Shown here in pieces: positions 59,407 through 64,000 of a stretch of DNA of 64,000 bases. How positions within the stretch are numbered: the stretch's first letter is position 1; the number at the start of each line of letters is the position of its first letter. The notes under the pieces were generated by a model. It was given only the letters and a program-made list of their open reading frames with translations, searched no databases and was not told the origin of the DNA. The DNA is from an uncultured Caulobacter sp. (GTDB taxonomy: Bacteria > Pseudomonadota > Alphaproteobacteria > Caulobacterales > Caulobacteraceae), in contig CAYTZY010000001.1 in the NCBI GenBank assembly GCA_964442795.1, forward strand, positions 98,821 to 162,820, in the 5' to 3' direction. The translations under genes and the position numbers were made by a program.

Positions 59407-60039
59407 ATGAAATCCTTGCCCAACATCCTGACCGGCGCGCGGCTGGTGCTGACGCTCTTCGTGTTCCTGGCCCTGATCGGGCTGATGCCGGTGTCGCCGG
59501 TCTACCGCTGGGCGATGGTCTCGGCCCAGGAGCCGGCGGCGGTGCAGCAGGCGCTGTACTTCTTCGCCTTCTGGGGCTTCCTCGTGGCGGCGGTGACCGA
59601 CTTCCTCGACGGCTGGATGGCGCGCCGCTTCGACGCGACCAGCACGCTGGGCGCCATCCTCGATCCGATCGCCGACAAGGTGCTGGTCGCCGGGATGGTC
59701 GTGGGCATCGCCGCGCTCGGCAACTGGATCGTCGCCCTGGCCGGCGGCCTGATCCTGTTCCGCGAGTTCTCGGTCAGCGCCCTGCGCGAGACCCTGGCGC
59801 CCAGGGGGCTGAGGCTGCCGGTGACCACGCTGGCCAAGTGGAAGACCACGCTGCAGCTGGTGGCTCTGGCCGCGGAGCTGTTCGTGTTCGGCTGGCGGGC
59901 CTGGAGCCTGCCGGAGGACGCGGAGCTGATCGGCCGGGCCTTCCTGACCGCCCACGGCGTGCTGGCGCTGGCCACGGTGGTCACCGTCTGGACCGGCGTC
60001 GAGTACGCGCTGGCCGCCCGCAAGGCCCTGAAGGCCTGA
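59407..60039 (+). CDS. pgsA: CDP-diacylglycerol--glycerol-3-phosphate 3-phosphatidyltransferase
   Basis: PNILTGAR, TDFLDGWMARR...GAILDPIADK, KWKTT; follows uvrC. Confidence 0.92.
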   Translation: MKSLPNILTGARLVLTLFVFLALIGLMPVSPVYRWAMVSAQEPAAVQQALYFFAFWGFLVAAVTDFLDGWMARRFDATSTLGAILDPIADKVLVAGMVVGIAALGNWIVALAGGLILFREFSVSALRETLAPRGLRLPVTTLAKWKTTLQLVALAAELFVFGWRAWSLPEDAELIGRAFLTAHGVLALATVVTVWTGVEYALAARKALKA

Positions 60040-60111
60040 CTTTGGCCGCAGAACGCGGGTCAGGGTTACGCGCTTGCGGTGATCGTGCCATGATCGGCCG
60101 CGTAAACCTTG

Positions 60112-60633
60112 GTGAATACGGTGCTGACTTCCCTCGCCATGACCCTGGCGCTGCTCGCGCAGGATAGCCCGGCCGTCCTGCAGTCCTGCGTGTTCGAGGA
60201 CACCGGCTGGGTCTGTCGCTATCGCACCGAGGAAAGCGCGGTCGAGCTGGTCCCGCCGGCCGCCGTCGCGACGCGACTGCCGGATCCCAAGCCCAGGCCC
60301 GAGAGCGCGCTGACCAAGGAAGAGCTGCGCCAGTCCAGGCTGATCCGGCGCTGCGCCGACGCCTCCTGGATGTCGCTGTGCACGCCCGGTGATCGCAAGG
60401 AGGCCAAGGCCCTGAAGGAGGCTGCCGAGGCGCGCGCGACCCTGCGGCTGAAGGTGACGACCCTTGTCGCCGACGGCCGCTGTCCCGACGCGGTCGGCGC
60501 GGCCCTGCAGGGCGGTGATCTGGCGCTGGCCCGGGAGATCCGTGAGTTCTGCGCCGTGGACAAGGCGGCGGACAAGCCGGACGAGAAGCCGGCCGCGGAC
60601 AAGCCGCCGGCCGCCGCTGCGGAAAAGCCGTAG
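60112..60633 (+). CDS. Secreted Cys-containing hypothetical protein
   Basis: Signal-like N-terminus, paired Cys, GRCPDAVGAALQGGDLALA..IREFC; start codon uncertain. Confidence 0.65.
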   Translation: MNTVLTSLAMTLALLAQDSPAVLQSCVFEDTGWVCRYRTEESAVELVPPAAVATRLPDPKPRPESALTKEELRQSRLIRRCADASWMSLCTPGDRKEAKALKEAAEARATLRLKVTTLVADGRCPDAVGAALQGGDLALAREIREFCAVDKAADKPDEKPAADKPPAAAAEKP

Positions 60634-60685
60634 GCGCGGAGACCTTCATACAGGCCTCGCCGCCTGCCCCTCGCCGGAAACGACA

Positions 60686-60715
60686 AGGCCCGCACCGGGG
60701 AACCGGTGCGGGCCT
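60686..60715. terminator. Terminator between convergent genes
   Basis: AGGCCCGCACCGG-GGAA-CCGGTGCGGGCCT. Confidence 0.7.
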
Positions 60716-60745
60716 GTTTCGTCTGGTCCTTCGACCGCGGCTGGC

Positions 60746-61192
60746 CTAGTCGGCCGGGCCGCAGGCGGCGCCGTCGGGGCAGCCTTCGAAGTGGACCTGC
60801 GGCGGCTCGACCGTCACGCGCGACGGCTTCACGCGAACGTCAGGCGCCCGGATGTAGATCTGGACGGGCTCGACGCGGATGGGCGGAGCTTCGACGTAGA
60901 TCGGCGGACCCTTGACGTCGATCCGGCCGGAGGGAACCGAGACCGGCGGCGAGGTGATGTAGATGCCAGGACCGCCCGAGGCGCTCACGCTCCAGGCCGG
61001 GCCCGGGGTGTAGAACTGACGGTGAACCCGGCAGGGGCACTCTCCGCCGTCGGGGTGCGGGTCCTCGGTGCAGCCGTGCCAGGGCGCGGGCGGTCCGGGC
61101 AGCGGTCCCGGGGGCGGTCCGCCCGCCATCGCGCCACTCGCGCCGGCGCTGGCCAGCAAGGCGGTCGAAACCGCCACCATCAACTTGCGCAT
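60746..61192 (-). CDS. Secreted Pro/Val heptad-repeat protein
   Basis: RBS GGAGG, signal peptide MRKLMVAV...AMA, eight 7-residue repeats flanked by Cys. Confidence 0.75.
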   Translation of the reverse strand: MRKLMVAVSTALLASAGASGAMAGGPPPGPLPGPPAPWHGCTEDPHPDGGECPCRVHRQFYTPGPAWSVSASGGPGIYITSPPVSVPSGRIDVKGPPIYVEAPPIRVEPVQIYIRAPDVRVKPSRVTVEPPQVHFEGCPDGAACGPAD

Positions 61193-61378
61193 ATCCCGCC
61201 TCCGATTGGTCCGCGAAGAAACCTGAACAGTGCCCCCAGAGCACTCGTCGAACATGGTTAGTCGAGGGTGGCAAGACTGGCAAGCCTTCGTTAACCCTAA
61301 GAGTTCGCCGTTCGCGCGTCAGGCGAATTCTGTCCGCCTCGCGTGTATTCGGCATCTCTCCGGAGCTTGCAGCGGCCC

Positions 61379-61543
61379 CTATTCGGCCGCCATCAGGGTG
61401 ATCTCCAGCCCGGCCGGATCCTCGGCCTCCACCACTTCCGGGTCGGTCGGGCCGTGCAGAAGCCAGTCCGACGCGGGCGCGTCTTCCCGCTCACCCCGCA
61501 TCAGGATCGCGATGAGCAGGGGACCAACGCTGCGCAGAACCAT
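61379..61543 (-). CDS. Small hypothetical protein (54 aa)
   Basis: ATG preceded by GGAGG; fills the gap downstream of the pirin gene. Confidence 0.4.
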   Translation of the reverse strand: MVLRSVGPLLIAILMRGEREDAPASDWLLHGPTDPEVVEAEDPAGLEITLMAAE

Positions 61544-61625
61544 GCTCGCCTCCGGGACTCGATGTCGAAGATGAGAATGACTCGCAATTTTGGCGGATGC
61601 AAGGCGAGACCCTGCCGTCCGCCTT

Positions 61626-62519
61626 TCAGCCCATCGGATTGGCCGGCGGCGGATCTCCGGGCAGCGGGATGAACTCGTCATGGTCGAGGTCCGGCAGCTT
61701 CATCCGGCCGGCGCGCCAGTCGGCCTTGGCCTGCTCGATGCGGTCCTTGCTGGACGAGACGAAGTTCCACTCGATGATGCGCGGGCCGATCGGCTCGCCG
61801 CCCAGCAGCATGACCGTCGACGGCTCCAGCGCGGTGAAGGTGATCGTCTCGCCCGGCGCGAAGACGGCCATCTGGCCGGTGTGCAGCGTCTGGCCATCGG
61901 CCTCGACGCTGCCCCTGGCCACATAGGCGGCGCGTTCCGGATACTCGGCGGGCAGGGCGGCCTTCGCTCCGGCGGCCAGCTCCCAGTGGACATAGAAGCA
62001 GGGCGAGAAGACCGGCACCTTCGCCTCCGCCCCAAACGCCTTGCCGGCGATCAGCCGCGCGGCCATGCCGCCGCCCTCGTAGAACGGCAGATCGTCAGGG
62101 CCTTCGTGGTGCGAGAAGGCCGGCGCGGCCTCCTCATGCTCGACCGGCAGCGCCAGCCAGGTCTGGATGCCGTCCAGCCGGCCGCCGTCGCGGCGCAGGT
62201 CCTCGAAGCGCTCGGAGTGGGTGATGCCGCTGCCGGCGGTCATCCAGTTCACCTCGCCGGGACGGATGACGATGTCGGAGCCGACGCTGTCGCGATGGGT
62301 CATCGCCCCCTCGAACAGGTAGCTGAGCGTCGACAGGCCGATGTGCGGATGGGGCCGGACGTCCACCTCGCGGCCGAAGCCGGGCTGGAAGCTGGCCGGG
62401 CCCATGTGGTCGAAGAAGATGAAGGGGCCCACGGTCCGCCGCGCATGCCAGGGCAGCACCCGGCCGACTTCGAACCCGCCCAGATCCTTGCGTCGCTGGT
62501 CGATGACGAGGTCGATCAT
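61626..62519 (-). CDS. Pirin family protein
   Basis: VGPFIFFDHMGP, HPHIG, HRDS, WMTAGSGITHSE, WNFVSS. Confidence 0.95.
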   Translation of the reverse strand: MIDLVIDQRRKDLGGFEVGRVLPWHARRTVGPFIFFDHMGPASFQPGFGREVDVRPHPHIGLSTLSYLFEGAMTHRDSVGSDIVIRPGEVNWMTAGSGITHSERFEDLRRDGGRLDGIQTWLALPVEHEEAAPAFSHHEGPDDLPFYEGGGMAARLIAGKAFGAEAKVPVFSPCFYVHWELAAGAKAALPAEYPERAAYVARGSVEADGQTLHTGQMAVFAPGETITFTALEPSTVMLLGGEPIGPRIIEWNFVSSSKDRIEQAKADWRAGRMKLPDLDHDEFIPLPGDPPPANPMG

Positions 62520-62589
62520 GGCGGGGGCTCCACGGCTGGCGTACGTGCAACATGGCCCGTCGCCGGCAGCTGCGAAAGGGGCGGCGGGG

Positions 62590-63918
62590 CTAGTAGGACG
62601 TCCTCGGCAGGGTCGCCCTGAACACCCGGATCGGCGGTGGCGCGGGACGGGCCAGCGTGCCGTCCGGGCCGCGGTCGGCCCAGCGGGCGTGGCCGACGAA
62701 CACGACCTCGCTCCCGTCGACCGCGGCCAGGGTGACATCGTCGAGGCCCGGCACATTGGCGGCCACCAACTCGGCGCCTTCAACCTCGTCGCAGTCGGCG
62801 CTGATGCGCAGCAGCATGACCCGCTGGGGCAGGACGCCGTTCTGGGTCGCGATCACGGCCATGGGAAGGGGCGAGGCGTTGCGCAGGCCGTAGTCCACGT
62901 CCGGCGCCACGACGAGGCCGTCGGTTCCGGCGAGGCCTGTCCGCAGGCCCGACAGCGGCGCGGTCTGGCCGGTCTCAAGATCGACGCGGTGCAGGCCGGT
63001 GGAATAGTCGGCGACCAGCATCGCCTTCTCCCCGGGGCAGATCGCCATCCCCTGCGGCGAGATGAAGGCGCCGGGCGGGACGATCTGCTCGAGCGCCACG
63101 CCGCCGGCCTTCAGGCGCCAGAGGCCTCCGCCGAGCGAGTCGGTTGCGTAGACCGCGCCGTCGGCGGCCAGCGCGACGTCCCCGAACTGGTGCTTGCCGC
63201 CATCCCCGGGAAGATGGAAGCGCGCCAGGATGCGGCCTGTGGCCAGCGAGACCTTGAGCAGGCCGGTCTTCGACGCGCCGGAGCCGCCGGGCACATCGGC
63301 TCCCCAGGCCTCGGCGGCCCAGAGCACCCCGCGCTTGCTGTCCGCCGCCATGCCGAAGATCGCGCCGGTCGCGGCGTCCGCCTCGAGGAAGGGTGTCGCC
63401 TCCTGCGCGTCGAGCCGCACGATGGTGCGGCCGGAGACCGTGCTCAGCAGCCAGCCCTCGCCGTCATGGGCCAGGCCCTCGCCGATGAACTCGGGGTCGC
63501 CGGCGATCGAGCCGACCGGGGTGAGTTCGCCAAAGGCCGTCCTGTTGCGGTCGAACAGCGCCGCGACCTCCGCCCAGCCGGGCAGGGCAGTCAGGTCCTT
63601 GAGGGCAGGGTCGCCCGATGCGTCATACAGCTGGCCCATCCGGGCGTAGGTCTCGACGTTGGCCAGGGCGGCTTCGCGCTTGCCGGCCGCCGCCTGGACG
63701 CGCGCCAGCCGGATGTAGGAGCCGGGAACGTCGGGATACAGCGTCAGCGCCTGTTCCAGCGCGGCTTCCGCCCTGACGAGATCGCCGCCCTGGACCGCGG
63801 CGGCCGCCTCGCGGCGCAGCCGTTGGTATTGTTCGGTCCGGGTTTCCGGCGCCTCGGCCGCGATCAGGAAGAGCGCCGCCAGCGTCGTGAGGACAGCCTT
63901 AGCCGTGCGGGCTGACAT
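62590..63918 (-). CDS. Secreted TPR plus beta-propeller (SMP-30/gluconolactonase-like) protein
   Basis: Signal peptide, one TPR pair, propeller blades (EGLAHD, GDVALAADGAVYATDS, SPQGMA, DGL). Confidence 0.75.
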   Translation of the reverse strand: MSARTAKAVLTTLAALFLIAAEAPETRTEQYQRLRREAAAAVQGGDLVRAEAALEQALTLYPDVPGSYIRLARVQAAAGKREAALANVETYARMGQLYDASGDPALKDLTALPGWAEVAALFDRNRTAFGELTPVGSIAGDPEFIGEGLAHDGEGWLLSTVSGRTIVRLDAQEATPFLEADAATGAIFGMAADSKRGVLWAAEAWGADVPGGSGASKTGLLKVSLATGRILARFHLPGDGGKHQFGDVALAADGAVYATDSLGGGLWRLKAGGVALEQIVPPGAFISPQGMAICPGEKAMLVADYSTGLHRVDLETGQTAPLSGLRTGLAGTDGLVVAPDVDYGLRNASPLPMAVIATQNGVLPQRVMLLRISADCDEVEGAELVAANVPGLDDVTLAAVDGSEVVFVGHARWADRGPDGTLARPAPPPIRVFRATLPRTSY

Positions 63919-64000
63919 AGGGGCTGACCATGCCGAGGGGGACGGCGGTGGTGTTCTTGACGCCCCGGATGACGATCCGGCTCTCGATGTTGGAGACCAG
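63899..64000 (-). CDS. C-terminus of an Lrp/AsnC family regulator, partial
   Basis: Manual translation LVSNIESRIVIRGVKNTTAVPLGMVSPYVSPHG*. Confidence 0.6.
   Translation of the reverse strand: MVSNIESRIVIRGVKNTTAVPLGMVSPYVSPHG

Overview
High-GC chromosomal window from a Caulobacteraceae-type alphaproteobacterium, inferred from the ctrA/sciP/flbD content and the promoter architecture. The left part (1-29.5 kb) is a cell-cycle and flagellar region: ctrA, mnmA, flgL-flgK, fliK-flgD-flgE, sciP, fliF-fliG-fliH-fliN-flbD-flhA and fliI-fliJ. It carries readable CtrA, sigma54, FlbD (ftr), IHF and CcrM (GANTC) sites. The right part holds lipid/acyl-CoA catabolic genes, a FumI-like aminotransferase with an amidase, a URC1-URC4-upp pyrimidine operon, uvrC-pgsA and several secreted hypothetical proteins. 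Intergenic regions are dense with at least five families of palindromic repeats, some nested or mosaic. I saw no rRNA, tRNA, CRISPR array, integrase or transposase. Best leads: (1) an unannotated ~400-nt densely base-paired element at 57.0-57.4 kb, a candidate large structured ncRNA; (2) a 2.1-kb insertion bounded by a duplicated mnmA promoter/5' end, which created an in-frame mnmA::methyltransferase chimera; (3) a dispersed 44-bp GGGGACA...TGTCCCC palindrome that carries CtrA-type half-sites and contributes codons to neighbouring genes; (4) a FumI-like/amidase pair; (5) a URC operon with an atypical Upp and a leader hairpin. All family assignments come from motif recognition by eye; no database searches were run.
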